Below are positions 52,621-62,190 of a stretch of DNA of 64,000 bases, piece by piece. Made by a program: the position numbers and the translations under genes. Below the pieces are notes generated by a model. The model did no database searches, was not told where the DNA came from, and saw only the letters and a list, made by a program, of their open reading frames with translations. Numbering within the stretch: the stretch's first letter is position 1; every line of letters starts with the position of its first letter. The stretch lies in sequence record ON529855.1, one strand, 5' to 3'.

Positions 52621-52905
52621 TCAGAGCCACACGGGGCGGCGGGTAGGGCGCAGGCGAGGCGCGACGATGGTGTTGACCCAGTCCACGAGGCGCTTGCGCA
52701 GGTCGGGATCGACGAGGCGCGCTTCGGCGTCCGGACAGGAATAGAGACTGGACCAGCAGATGATCGCGGTTTCGAACCGGAAACCGTAGATCGCGTCGCT
52801 GTCGAACGCTTCGACCGCGTGGACCATGGAGCCCTCCAGGCCGACGTCGATCTTGTCCTCAACGACGTTGAACGCCACCAGAAGGATGGGCTTGGGGAAC
52901 TGCAT
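52621..52905 (-). CDS. Hypothetical protein
   Basis: ATG at 52905 (MQFPKPILL). Confidence 0.5.
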   Translation of the reverse strand: MQFPKPILLVAFNVVEDKIDVGLEGSMVHAVEAFDSDAIYGFRFETAIICWSSLYSCPDAEARLVDPDLRKRLVDWVNTIVAPRLRPTRRPVWL

Positions 52906-53526
52906 CAGAAGCACTTCCCGAGAATGAAGCCGATGGCGACGCCGGTCATGACGGGCGTTCCGCCGACGACCACAAGGGTGGCCCGCCAGTGGGAGACGCA
53001 CCAGGCGAGAAGCCGGTCGCCGCCCTCATCGAGCCATCCGAAGTAGTCGTCGGAGGTGGAGTTCATCAGTTTGAGCCCAGGCCCTCGAAGATCGCTCCGA
53101 GGAGTTCGCCGCAACCTTCCAGAAGGTCGCCGAGGAAAGCGAAGAGGAAGAAACCGTCCCAGAAGCTGTCGTTGTGTCGACGCTGCGGCCGGGCCGGCTC
53201 CTTCTTCTTCAGATCGATGCGGGTCACGCGTAGAGGACGCAGCCGGACATCACGCCGAGGATGAAGATCATCGCGGCGGCGATCTTGGTCTCCTTGACGA
53301 TGGTGACAGCCTGCTTGGCGCCGGCTTCAAGGGCGGCCTTGACGGCCAGGAAGATGGAGTTGAAGTCCATAGGATCAGGTCTCGGTTCGTTTGGGGGCGG
53401 TAAGGAAGGCGTAGTAGAGGCGGGCGGCCTCGACCACGTCATGCTTGTCGGCGTGTTCGTGACGGGTGGCGATGGCGGCGCGCAGGGCCTCCAGCGCCAG
53501 GTCGGGGTTGTATTCGGTAGAAATCA

Positions 53527-53736
53527 TCAGGGATTCTTCCGGGGTCGACCGCGTTTCGGCTTGGCCGGCGCGGGCTTCTTGGCGGGGACGGGACGCGGAC
53601 CGTCGGGCGAGAAGCCGCCCAGGATCGCAAGGTCTTCATCGTCGAACTCGGCGATCCCGAAGGGGTTGTCCGAGTGGGCCTCTTCTTCATCCAGGTCGTG
53701 GATGAGATCGTTGAGGTCGGAGTAGCGGCGAGACAT
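53527..53736 (-). CDS. Small protein, acidic N-half and basic AT-hook-like tail
   Basis: ...KPKRGRPRKNP. Confidence 0.55.
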   Translation of the reverse strand: MSRRYSDLNDLIHDLDEEEAHSDNPFGIAEFDDEDLAILGGFSPDGPRPVPAKKPAPAKPKRGRPRKNP

Positions 53737-53756
53737 GATCTGGGCGGCTGACGCGG

Positions 53757-54167
53757 TTACGGGTTCGGGTTGATCCGGTAGATCGGCAGCGGCGCCGCTT
53801 CCTGACCGTTACGGGCGGCGTGGAAGAGGGCCGAGGCTTCCTCGACCGCGCCCTTGGCGACCAGTTCAGGGATGCGGAACCCGCGCACGCGGTGCGCCGC
53901 CAGGTCACGATCCGCAAACGAACGCCACTGGGTCTCCGTCACCCAGCCGGCGCCCGAGGCTTCCATCACGCGCGCCAGGCCGACGCAGGCCTTGATCTCG
54001 GTGTTGGTCATGCCGACGGTGGTCAGGTGGGCGGGCAAGGCCGTCGCGGTCAGCGTGTCTTCCGCCTCGGGCAGCTTGCCGAAGGAGACCGAGCCGGCCG
54101 GGCGGAGTTGCTGGGGAGCGCCGGCGGCGCCGGGGCCGGTGCGGAACTTATCGGTTTGGGAGGACAT
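53757..54167 (-). CDS. Hypothetical protein
   Basis: 136 aa downstream of portal. Confidence 0.55.
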   Translation of the reverse strand: MSSQTDKFRTGPGAAGAPQQLRPAGSVSFGKLPEAEDTLTATALPAHLTTVGMTNTEIKACVGLARVMEASGAGWVTETQWRSFADRDLAAHRVRGFRIPELVAKGAVEEASALFHAARNGQEAAPLPIYRINPNP

Positions 54168-54289
54168 GTACGGTTACGACTTCTTGCGCTTGTGCGGCAC
54201 GGGGTTCTTCTTGGTGTTCGGTTTGGCCTTGCCGGGCTTTCCGGCGGGCTTGGCGAACGGGTTGGCGGTGAGGATGTCGAGCGGCGGCA

Positions 54290-56272
54290 TCAGGTGGCGC
54301 TGCCGGGTCGACGCGGGGTGGTGGAGGCGGGAGCCGGCTTGTTCGCGGCGGCCTTGGCGGCGGCGTCGGCCTGCTTCTCCTGGATGTCCAGTTGACGCTG
54401 GGCCTTTTGCGACGGCGGGGCCTGCTCGATGTCGCCCAGTTCGCGCGAGGCCGAGACGGACGTCGCGCCATACTGCTGCGCGAAGGCCAGCTTCTCTTCT
54501 TCCAGGGCGCGGGCGCGTTCCTGGAGGTCGATTTCCTGCTGCTGGAAGTCGGCTTCGCGCGCGATGCGGGCCTGCTCCAGTTCCTGGGCGCGGGAGACGT
54601 AGCCGCGACGCATGGCTTCGGCGTCCGGTTGACCGACAAAGGAGTTGACGTCCTTCATCTTGGTGGTGAACTCGTCCAGGGTTTCGCTCGACGGGATCAG
54701 GCCGTACTTGATCCACACCTCATAGACATGCTCGGTGGTCAGGAGCCCGGATTCGACCAGTTGCTGCACCGCGCGGATGGCGCGGGCGTCCAGGGCGGTC
54801 GACAGGAAGGTGGTGTCGATCTCGTAGCGCACCTTGGCGGTGTCGCTGAGCAGGACGTCGCGGAACATCAGCCAGAAGCGCACGACCTGGGTCATGCCTT
54901 CTTCCAGGGCGGTGATGACGTTCAGCAGCAGCGACTGCTCATTGGCCTCGCGCATCGCCGACTGCTGGTTGGACTCCGAGGTCGACTTCGAGGCGCCCGG
55001 CATCATGCGGCCGCCGATCGCGGCGATCTGCTGCTCCTTCTCGTTCAAGGCGCGTTCCAGGGTCTTCAGACCCTCGCCCTTGAACTCCAGGATGCCCGGC
55101 TGTTCGCCCGACGGCACTTCCCAGACGGTGCCGGGGCCGATGTGGTATTCCGCCGCGTCGTTGTCGGCGTTGCCCGGCGCATAGTAGGTCGGCAGGGCGG
55201 TGTAGAAGCGGCCGTATTCCAGTTCGGCGTACGTGCGGTAGTGCTTCAGGTTCAGATCGACGATGTCTAGGATCGGCGGCTTTTCACAGTCGGCCGCATT
55301 GGAGAAGGCGCCGAAGAAGACGAAGGGGATGAACCGCAACGGGTTGCCCCGGATCAACGGCGTCAGCACTTCCTCGGGGATGCCGGTCGGGTCTTCGCGA
55401 TAGACGCGCTGGACGTAGACGCGGCTGCCGTCTTCCTGGAACTCCAGAACCAGTTCGCGGTAGAGGGTGGCGTAGTGATAACCGCCGGCGGTGGACGGCT
55501 CGGGCATGGGCTGGCGTGCCTTGCCCGCCGCCGGGGTCAGGCTGCCGTCAGCGGTGCGGACCATGGCGGTCTGGGGGCGTTGCCGGCGGCCACGGCGGTT
55601 CGGCTCGTTGATCCACCGGTTATCGTGACTCCCCGGTTCCTGCTCGCGCACGAACTCGCGCAGGAGGACGCGGGTGGGGACATAGAAGCCGTCGACCTCG
55701 TCGATCTGCCAGTCGATGATGTTCTCGGCCGAGTAGCCGACGGCGAACGCCTGGGGCTTGGCGCCGGGCGCCGACTTGGCGGCGTCGACCAGAACGCCGA
55801 AACGGCCCAGGGCCAGTTGCTCGGTCGCGATGGTCTTGGCGAAGGTGGAATGGCTGGAGCCGTCTTTGGCGAAGCGATAGAGCGACGGCGCGATGTCCTG
55901 GCCGGCGTTGACCACGATCTCTTCACCGTTGACGCCGCGCGCGATCACAGCGCCGGGACGCGGCAGGCCGCGCACCTGGGGCGGACGGCGGAAGACCTGG
56001 CCCACCATGCCCGCCAGGGTCTGGTTGGTCATGTTGTAGAAGACCGCACGGTGCAGGTATTCTTCGTACTGGTCGCCGTCAGAACCCGTCATCGGGCGCA
56101 GGTATTCCGCACCCTTCTTCTTGATCTCACGCTCGCCGGCGATGGCGTCGCGGATTTTCGACCACTCGGGGCGCCAGTATTCGTATTCGGGGTGGACGAC
56201 GAGGTGGCTGAACGCCTGGATCGCGCGCTTGGTGCGGCTGATGTTCGTCGAGTTGGGCGCGGTGCCGGCCAT
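54290..56272 (-). CDS. Portal protein (DUF4055-type)
   Basis: HPEY...W..IRDAI.GE..IK..G..YL, YL.RA.FYN.T, IPFVFFG, PPILDIVDLNLKHYR. Confidence 0.85.
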   Translation of the reverse strand: MAGTAPNSTNISRTKRAIQAFSHLVVHPEYEYWRPEWSKIRDAIAGEREIKKKGAEYLRPMTGSDGDQYEEYLHRAVFYNMTNQTLAGMVGQVFRRPPQVRGLPRPGAVIARGVNGEEIVVNAGQDIAPSLYRFAKDGSSHSTFAKTIATEQLALGRFGVLVDAAKSAPGAKPQAFAVGYSAENIIDWQIDEVDGFYVPTRVLLREFVREQEPGSHDNRWINEPNRRGRRQRPQTAMVRTADGSLTPAAGKARQPMPEPSTAGGYHYATLYRELVLEFQEDGSRVYVQRVYREDPTGIPEEVLTPLIRGNPLRFIPFVFFGAFSNAADCEKPPILDIVDLNLKHYRTYAELEYGRFYTALPTYYAPGNADNDAAEYHIGPGTVWEVPSGEQPGILEFKGEGLKTLERALNEKEQQIAAIGGRMMPGASKSTSESNQQSAMREANEQSLLLNVITALEEGMTQVVRFWLMFRDVLLSDTAKVRYEIDTTFLSTALDARAIRAVQQLVESGLLTTEHVYEVWIKYGLIPSSETLDEFTTKMKDVNSFVGQPDAEAMRRGYVSRAQELEQARIAREADFQQQEIDLQERARALEEEKLAFAQQYGATSVSASRELGDIEQAPPSQKAQRQLDIQEKQADAAAKAAANKPAPASTTPRRPGSAT

Positions 56273-56476
56273 ATAGGGATGTGTCGGTCAAAAAGACCGG
56301 GAGGGACGCGGGCCGAACGACGGACCTCGACCCTCCCGTAGGGTCAGACGAAAATGTCGAGGCCAGGAGGCTCCGAACGCCGCCATACCTGCCATGAAAC
56401 GGCATCTGTGTCAAGATTTACGGCAATCAGGGCCGCCGTTCGAGTCATCAATCGACGCGTTAACCCTCTTTTGCCG

Positions 56477-56703
56477 TTGACGCTGGCAGAATCATGGCTA
56501 AGGTCGAGGTTTCCCACCGAAGCCTGCGGGCTTCCTGATAACCCGAACGGAGGAGGTCGCCATGAAGTGAGAGACGCACCGCCCTGGGGGAGCCAGGGGT
56601 CGGCCGGCGCGAGACCTTACCCAGAGGCGCGTCCGGTCTTCAGCAGCGCACTCATGACCACATTGTGTGAAGGCCCCGCCGAGTGATCGGCGGGGCCTTT
56701 GTT
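56477..56703 (+). ncRNA. Antisense-oriented small transcript carrying minigene ATG-AAG-TGA
   Basis: TTGACG-N16-TAAGGT promoter, GGAGGAGG SD at 56549, ATG AAG TGA 56562-56570, terminator 56670-56703. Confidence 0.5.
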
Positions 56704-56710
56704 CTGGGGC

Positions 56711-57418
56711 CTACGGCTGGGGCGCCTTCCATTGCAGGGCCGCGCACAGCGGCGTCTCGACGAGGTTGCGGGCGCCGGCCGATCTCGGCCCGCCCGTGTT
56801 GAAGATGGCGACCACCTCGCCCGCCCCGTTGACGATCGGTCCGCCCGACATGCCGGGATGGGCCTCGCCGCCGAGGAGGGCCTGGTGATGGGCGATCTCG
56901 CCCGTCTTGAGGCGCTGGTCCGCATAGCCGCCGGCGAAGGTCAGGCGCTGGGCGGCGAAGTCGACGCCATGGGCGTAGCCGAACCCCAGATATTCGACGC
57001 CGGCGCGCAGGCCGTCGCAGTTCACCGGCGTGACCGGCGTGTCGCCCAGGTCAGCGGTCAGGACCGCCGTGTCCAGACGGCGATCGATGTAGGCGACGGC
57101 GACCAGGCGATCTTTGAAGAGGCAGGCGGCGTTCTTGTCGACGACGTGGGCGGCGGTAAGGATGCGATTGCGGGCGATGATCGTGCCGGTGCCCGTGTAG
57201 ATGCGCGACGCAGCCTTCTGTTCCGGCGACAGGGTGTCCATGTCGGCGAGACCCAGCCCGTCCGGCAGGCGCAGGCAGGTGATGAGGCCGACCGTGTTCA
57301 GGTTGAGGAAGTATCGATCCTGGGAGGACCCTGTGAGGCCCAAGGGAGACGCCGACGGCGTCAGAGACGACGCAAAGAGGACGACGGCCGTGAACAGCAC
57401 GGCGAGCGATCGGCGCAT
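56711..57418 (-). CDS. Trypsin-like (S1) serine protease with signal-peptide-like N-terminus
   Basis: LTAAHV, LDTAVL and GMSGGP catalytic motifs. Confidence 0.85.
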   Translation of the reverse strand: MRRSLAVLFTAVVLFASSLTPSASPLGLTGSSQDRYFLNLNTVGLITCLRLPDGLGLADMDTLSPEQKAASRIYTGTGTIIARNRILTAAHVVDKNAACLFKDRLVAVAYIDRRLDTAVLTADLGDTPVTPVNCDGLRAGVEYLGFGYAHGVDFAAQRLTFAGGYADQRLKTGEIAHHQALLGGEAHPGMSGGPIVNGAGEVVAIFNTGGPRSAGARNLVETPLCAALQWKAPQP

Positions 57419-57919
57419 GGCGATGACCAATGAGGGAGTGTCAGAAATACTGACACACCTGCCTGCGAAATGCAACGCTTGCGCAACGCCGGCGCGAAAA
57501 TAGCGAGAACCTTGCAGGGGCGAAGCGATCCTGCGCCAGATGGTCCCCGGAGGGCCGCGCGGCGGACGAAATGTGTCGCCTCTTGGGCAGGTTTCGCGGG
57601 GATCGCACCTGGAGTCTCCCCGAAGCGGATTCGCTAAATTTTGATTCAATAAAATTTCAGAAATTCGATTCTCGGATTCGATTCCGATTTCCGGAAAACA
57701 CGCCGGCCGTTTTGATCAAGACCCCCTACCCGCCCCCCCTCCCTGGCGGCTGCGCCAGGTTCGGAAGGGAATGCTCAAATCTCAATCCATCCGCCTGGCG
57801 CCCCGGCGAAAATCGGTCGAGGGAGGGGGGCCTTGGGTCCCTGACCGTCCCGTTTTGAAACAGGGGGGGGCCATGGGGGGTCCGGCCCCCATGGGAGGGG
57901 GCCGGGGGCGGCGGGGCGG

Positions 57920-58147
57920 TTAGGCCGCCGCCGCCATTTCCTCCGCGACCGCCGCCGAGATGCGGGCGAAGTCGGCGGCGGTGGTGTTGGCTTCGAGGTC
58001 CGCCATGGAGCGGATTTGACGGCCCGCCATGTTAGCCTTGCGGAAAGCGGCGTTCAGGACGTAGTGGAAACGGGTGGCGAGTTCACCGGCTTGTTGCGAG
58101 GCCAGCATGGTGGCGAGAACTTCGTAGTGCGATTGAACCGTTTTCAT
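57920..58147 (-). CDS. Early hypothetical protein
   Basis: Behind CtrA-box promoter at 58212. Confidence 0.6.
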   Translation of the reverse strand: MKTVQSHYEVLATMLASQQAGELATRFHYVLNAAFRKANMAGRQIRSMADLEANTTAADFARISAAVAEEMAAAA

Positions 58148-58349
58148 TTTCGTCAGTCCCTGTGCGGGGGGCCAATCCCTCCGTCCATGTGAAGACTATG
58201 CCCTGAAAGTCTTAACAAGAAGTTAACGGGCAAAAGAAAATGCGCGCCGCGCGAAGAAAAACGCACGTCGCCGGGAAGGCCGTTTTTAGCGCCATACAGG
58301 GCAGGGGAGGGCTCGCCGCTGTCAGGCGACGGGCGAGCCCCTGAAGCCC

Positions 58350-58595
58350 CTAGCTGGCCGCTCCCTCGGCCTCGCAACGCAGGTCGTCGGAGGCTTGCGC
58401 CGCGTTCAGGCAATCTTGCGCGCTCATGCCGTAGTCGTCCACATAGGCGTGAACCTCGCCGCCCTCGATCACGTATTGAACAAGGGAGTAGGATTCGGCG
58501 GGCGGCTTGGGCAGGGCGAAGCCGTGACCGTCGAAGGCGACAACGGCGAGGGTGGCGACGGCGAACAGGGCGGCGGGCAGGATCAGGCGGGGCAT
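58350..58595 (-). CDS. Small secreted/membrane early protein
   Basis: Signal-peptide-like N-terminus. Confidence 0.55.
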   Translation of the reverse strand: MPRLILPAALFAVATLAVVAFDGHGFALPKPPAESYSLVQYVIEGGEVHAYVDDYGMSAQDCLNAAQASDDLRCEAEGAAS

Positions 58596-58618
58596 GGGCG
58601 GGGTTCCTTTGGGCAGGT

Positions 58619-58777
58619 TCAGGCGTGAAGGTCGAGGGCGGCGGCGTCCGCCTTCGCCAGAGCGTCCGCCTTGGCGTAGGCGACGGCGGCGAGGGTCAGC
58701 GTGTCCAGCCGGGCGGCGATCTGGCGGCGGGCGGCGCGGCGCTGGCGGCGTTGCAGGGGGGTCAGGTCGCGGAGCAT
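58619..58777 (-). CDS. Small early protein
   Basis: ATG at 58777 (MLRDLTPL). Confidence 0.5.
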   Translation of the reverse strand: MLRDLTPLQRRQRRAARRQIAARLDTLTLAAVAYAKADALAKADAAALDLHA

Positions 58778-58827
58778 GGGGAACCTTGGCAGGAGGGCGG
58801 GAGGCGGGCTTGCGCCCGCCCCTTGGG

Positions 58828-58992
58828 TTAGGCCAGAAGGGCGGCGATGCGGGCGGCGGCGCCTTGCGGGCGGGCTTGCTCGCCGGTCCACTCGGCGCGG
58901 ACGTGCGCGGGGGCGGGGGCGGCGGCTTCCATGGCGGGCTTGCGCTGGCCGAAGGTGGCGGTGCGGGTCAGGGGCGAGGCGTTCTTGAACAT
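58828..58992 (-). CDS. Small early protein (MFKNASPL..., 54 aa)
   Basis: GGAG SD, CtrA-box promoter at 59035; below track cutoff. Confidence 0.55.
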   Translation of the reverse strand: MFKNASPLTRTATFGQRKPAMEAAAPAPAHVRAEWTGEQARPQGAAARIAALLA

Positions 58993-59118
58993 GGGTCGTT
59001 CTCCGTTGTTGAACCCACTATAGGGGCGCAGAACTTAACAGCAAGTTAAAATCGTCAGGCCCTTGAATCTTTTTTGAGGGCAGGGCGGGGGAGGCGCTTG
59101 GCCTCCCCTTGGGGCGGG

Positions 59119-59256
59119 TCAGCCGCGCGCGCCGCGCAGCCAGCCATCCGTCCAGTTCACGGCGTCCGCCGTGTCGAGGGGATGCGGGCAGGCGTCGAAG
59201 GGCAGGCCCGAATTGTAAGCGTCACGGCCAGCCTTGTAAGCGGAGGTCAGGGGCAT
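59119..59256 (-). CDS. RMF (ribosome modulation factor)-like small protein, 45 aa
   Basis: AYKAGRDAYNSG....ACPH......NWTDGW; CtrA-box promoter at 59331. Confidence 0.55.
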   Translation of the reverse strand: MPLTSAYKAGRDAYNSGLPFDACPHPLDTADAVNWTDGWLRGARG

Positions 59257-59510
59257 GAGAGGCGTTCCCGTCGGCGCTGTCATGGGGCCAATCCCCTAGC
59301 GGCGACATAGGCAGATTAGCCGTCCAACCGTTAACAAGAAGTTAACGCCGCGAAAGTTTTTCAGGGCAGGATGGTTAACGGATTCGCCCCCGGCGTTAAC
59401 CATAGGGCCAGGCGTGGCGCGCGGGCGCGTTAACCTTAACGCCGCATTAGGGTTAACGGCGGCGTGTGCGCCTAGCCCCGCCCGGCGCGTCGGGCGGGGC
59501 GGGGCGGGCG

Positions 59511-59711
59511 TCAATGCACCTCGCGGCCTAGCAGCTTGCCGCGCGGGCCGATTGTGACCTTCTGGGCCGCACCATACATGGTGACGTTAACAACCGTTCT
59601 GTGGCCCGACTGGCGCACGGTCAGGGCCTCGATGGCGCCGCCGCCGACGATGCGGCGCAGGGCGTCGCGTTGCGCGGGGTTCAGCTTGGCGATCTCTTGG
59701 GCGGTGGTCAT
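59511..59711 (-). CDS. Small early protein
   Basis: ATG at 59711, CtrA-box promoter. Confidence 0.6.
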   Translation of the reverse strand: MTTAQEIAKLNPAQRDALRRIVGGGAIEALTVRQSGHRTVVNVTMYGAAQKVTIGPRGKLLGREVH

Positions 59712-59827
59712 GGCGGCTCTCTCCGTTGATGCTTCTGTATCGCATCGATTCCTTAACAACAAGTTAACGGCGGAAAGTTTTTCGCTGGCGCGGGCCGCCC
59801 GGCGCGCCGGGCGGCGGGTTCAGCGTA

Positions 59828-60070
59828 TCAGAACAAATCCAACCCCTTGTGTGAGGGGTCAGCACCGATCTCGGCGCAATAGCCGCGCCACGCCGGGCTA
59901 TGGCCGCGATCCCCGTTCAAGGCGTCTTTCAGGTCGTCGTAACGGTCGCAAAGGGTTTGACTACGCAGCGAGTTCAGGCCTTGGGCTCCGCGCGCAACAT
60001 GGGCGGAAATGCTTTGGCGGGTGCGGTGAAGGGCCTTGATGATCTTGGTTTCGGTCTGGGCGGCGGTCAT
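59828..60070 (-). CDS. Small early protein
   Basis: CtrA-box promoter at 60123. Confidence 0.6.
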   Translation of the reverse strand: MTAAQTETKIIKALHRTRQSISAHVARGAQGLNSLRSQTLCDRYDDLKDALNGDRGHSPAWRGYCAEIGADPSHKGLDLF

Positions 60071-60232
60071 GGCGTTTCCCTTGGGGTTGCCGTTGCTGTC
60101 CCTCCCTAATAGCCGCGATTCGTTAACAAGAGGTTAACGGCGCGAAGAATCTCCGGGCGGGCTTGGCGTTAACCTTAACAGGCGCGCCGGGGCCTGAAAA
60201 ACCCCGCCCGGCGCGCCGGGCGGGGTCTGGCG

Positions 60233-60511
60233 TCAGGCGACCTGACGAATCAGCCGCCGTTCCCGGAACAGCCGATAGGTGAAGAACGCCCGGCCCATGT
60301 CCGATTCGGTTTCGCCCGCGAAGTGATCGGCGAACGCCAGCGGCATCGACGTATAGTCGGCGCCGTCGTCGCCCGTCCGGGCGATCAGCGAGCCTTCCGC
60401 GTCGCAAAGGTAGAGGTCGAAGTCGCGACCGTCGTTCGGCGCGACCGCCGCGACCAGACGGCAAGCGGCGCAGTCATGAGCGAAGCGGGCGGTTTTGAAG
60501 AAAGAGGCCAT
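60233..60511 (-). CDS. Small early protein
   Basis: CtrA-box promoter at 60564. Confidence 0.6.
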   Translation of the reverse strand: MASFFKTARFAHDCAACRLVAAVAPNDGRDFDLYLCDAEGSLIARTGDDGADYTSMPLAFADHFAGETESDMGRAFFTYRLFRERRLIRQVA

Positions 60512-60628
60512 GGCGTGTCCCTTGGGGTTGCCGTTGATGTCATCCCCTTATCCCACCCAACCCTTAACAAAACGTTAACGGCGGAAAGAAAAATCGCCCG
60601 CCCGGTTCGCCGGGCGGGCGGGGTCGTC

Positions 60629-61540
60629 TTAGGCGGCGAGGGCGACGTCTAGGGCCTCGCCAGCGGGCTCCGCCTCGCCCGCGTCGGCGCTGGCGTTCAG
60701 GATGAATTCGGCGGCGGCTTGGGCCTTCGTACAAGCCTGAATGAAGGCCTTGGGGTTGGAGCGGATGCGCTTGGCCCATGCGCCGATATAGGCGGCGTGG
60801 TCGTCGCGCTCGACGCTGGCGAAGCCTTGCGAGGCGCAGACAAACGCCGCCGTCAGTTCCGCGACCAGTTCCTCAAAGGCGTAAGCGTCGTCGCCGAACT
60901 CGCGGCCAAAGACGCGGTTGAGGCGATGCGCCGCGCCGGTCCAGTGGCCGATTTCGTGGAAGGCCGTCGAATAAAAGCCATCGACCGAAACGAAGTCGGC
61001 GAAGGCCGGAAGCTGGATGCGATCGACGCTCGGCGCGTAAAAGGCTTTCGTGCCGCCGTAGCGGATTTCGGCCCCGGTGGCGAGCATGAGGGCGTCAGCG
61101 GCGGCGATGCGCTCCAGTTCCGGGCGCGCCGCGACGGGCTCGCCTTGGGGCAGTTCGATTCCGTCGCACTGGGCGATGTTGAACACGGTGTAAGCCTTGG
61201 CGAAGAACGACGCCGTTTCCTCGCCCGTGGCCTTGTCTTTGCGGGTCGTGCGCGACCAGAAAAAGACCTGCGTTCCCTTCTCGCCCGCCCGGACGGAACC
61301 GCCCTTGGCCTTGGCTTGCTTGAACGTCAGCCAAACGGGTTCAGCATAGCCGCGCGCTTCCTGTACCATCCACAACCAAAACACGTTGGCCCCGCGATAG
61401 GCGCGGCCTTCGATGTTGTGCGGCATGGCGATAGCGCCGGGACGCGAGGTCCAAGGCTTGGCCCAAGGGCGCACGCCCGATTCCAGCTTGCCCGCGATGG
61501 TCGCGGCGATCTTGTCGAAAACGTCGTTTGCTTGGGCCAT
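60629..61540 (-). CDS. ardC: ArdC-like antirestriction ssDNA-binding protein
   Basis: PW.KPW, YRGAN...LW, WLTFKQA...GG.VR.GEKG, AFHE..HWTG..RL.R, YAFEELVAEL.AAF. Confidence 0.88.
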   Translation of the reverse strand: MAQANDVFDKIAATIAGKLESGVRPWAKPWTSRPGAIAMPHNIEGRAYRGANVFWLWMVQEARGYAEPVWLTFKQAKAKGGSVRAGEKGTQVFFWSRTTRKDKATGEETASFFAKAYTVFNIAQCDGIELPQGEPVAARPELERIAAADALMLATGAEIRYGGTKAFYAPSVDRIQLPAFADFVSVDGFYSTAFHEIGHWTGAAHRLNRVFGREFGDDAYAFEELVAELTAAFVCASQGFASVERDDHAAYIGAWAKRIRSNPKAFIQACTKAQAAAEFILNASADAGEAEPAGEALDVALAA

Positions 61541-61827
61541 GTCAGGCGCTCCCGTTGAGGTGATAGGGCCAAACTACCGTCCAACCCTTAACAAGAAGTT
61601 AACGGCAGAAATCTTTTCCGGCAAGCCCTATTTTAATCTTTTGTTAAGACTTGCGCCCTATGGTGTATCTTGGGGAGGGATCGGCTGGGCCGTTAACCAT
61701 GTTCGTTAGGGCGGCGTTAACCTTAACGGAATCGAAAGCCGCGTTAAGGTTAACGAATCGGGCGGCGGCGTTAACCATGGGCCAGGGCCTCCGAAGGGCG
61801 GGCGGGGCCGAAGCCCCGCCGCGCCGG

Positions 61828-62190
61828 TCAGAACGGCTTGACGATTCGATAGGCGTCGTTCGCCCGCGCTTGGGCTCCGGCGTAGTCGCAAGCGAGGAAG
61901 TTTTCAGCCGCGCGCGCTTGAAGCATGAGCGACTCTTGCAGGGGCGTCGCCGGGGCGTTGTCCGGGCGCCCTTCGATCAGCTTGGCGATCACAACCCGAA
62001 CCATGCCGGTCGCGTCGTTGCGGGTCAGTTGGCGCGTGTCGCGCATCCACTGAATCGCCTTTTCGTGAACGTCGTGAACCATGGTCAGGCACTCACGGTC
62101 AAAGGCCGACGCGCCGCGCGCGGCGGCGGTGATGTCGCCCAGCGTTTGCAGCATGAAGCCTAGAGCCCGATTTTTACGTTCGTTCCGCAT
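61828..62190 (-). CDS. Early hypothetical protein
   Basis: 120 aa; start could be ATG 62154. Confidence 0.55.
   Translation of the reverse strand: MRNERKNRALGFMLQTLGDITAAARGASAFDRECLTMVHDVHEKAIQWMRDTRQLTRNDATGMVRVVIAKLIEGRPDNAPATPLQESLMLQARAAENFLACDYAGAQARANDAYRIVKPF

Noticed and set aside
54290-57649. Terminase next to portal
   Set aside because: No ORF with terminase ATPase or nuclease motifs here; it is presumably elsewhere in the genome.
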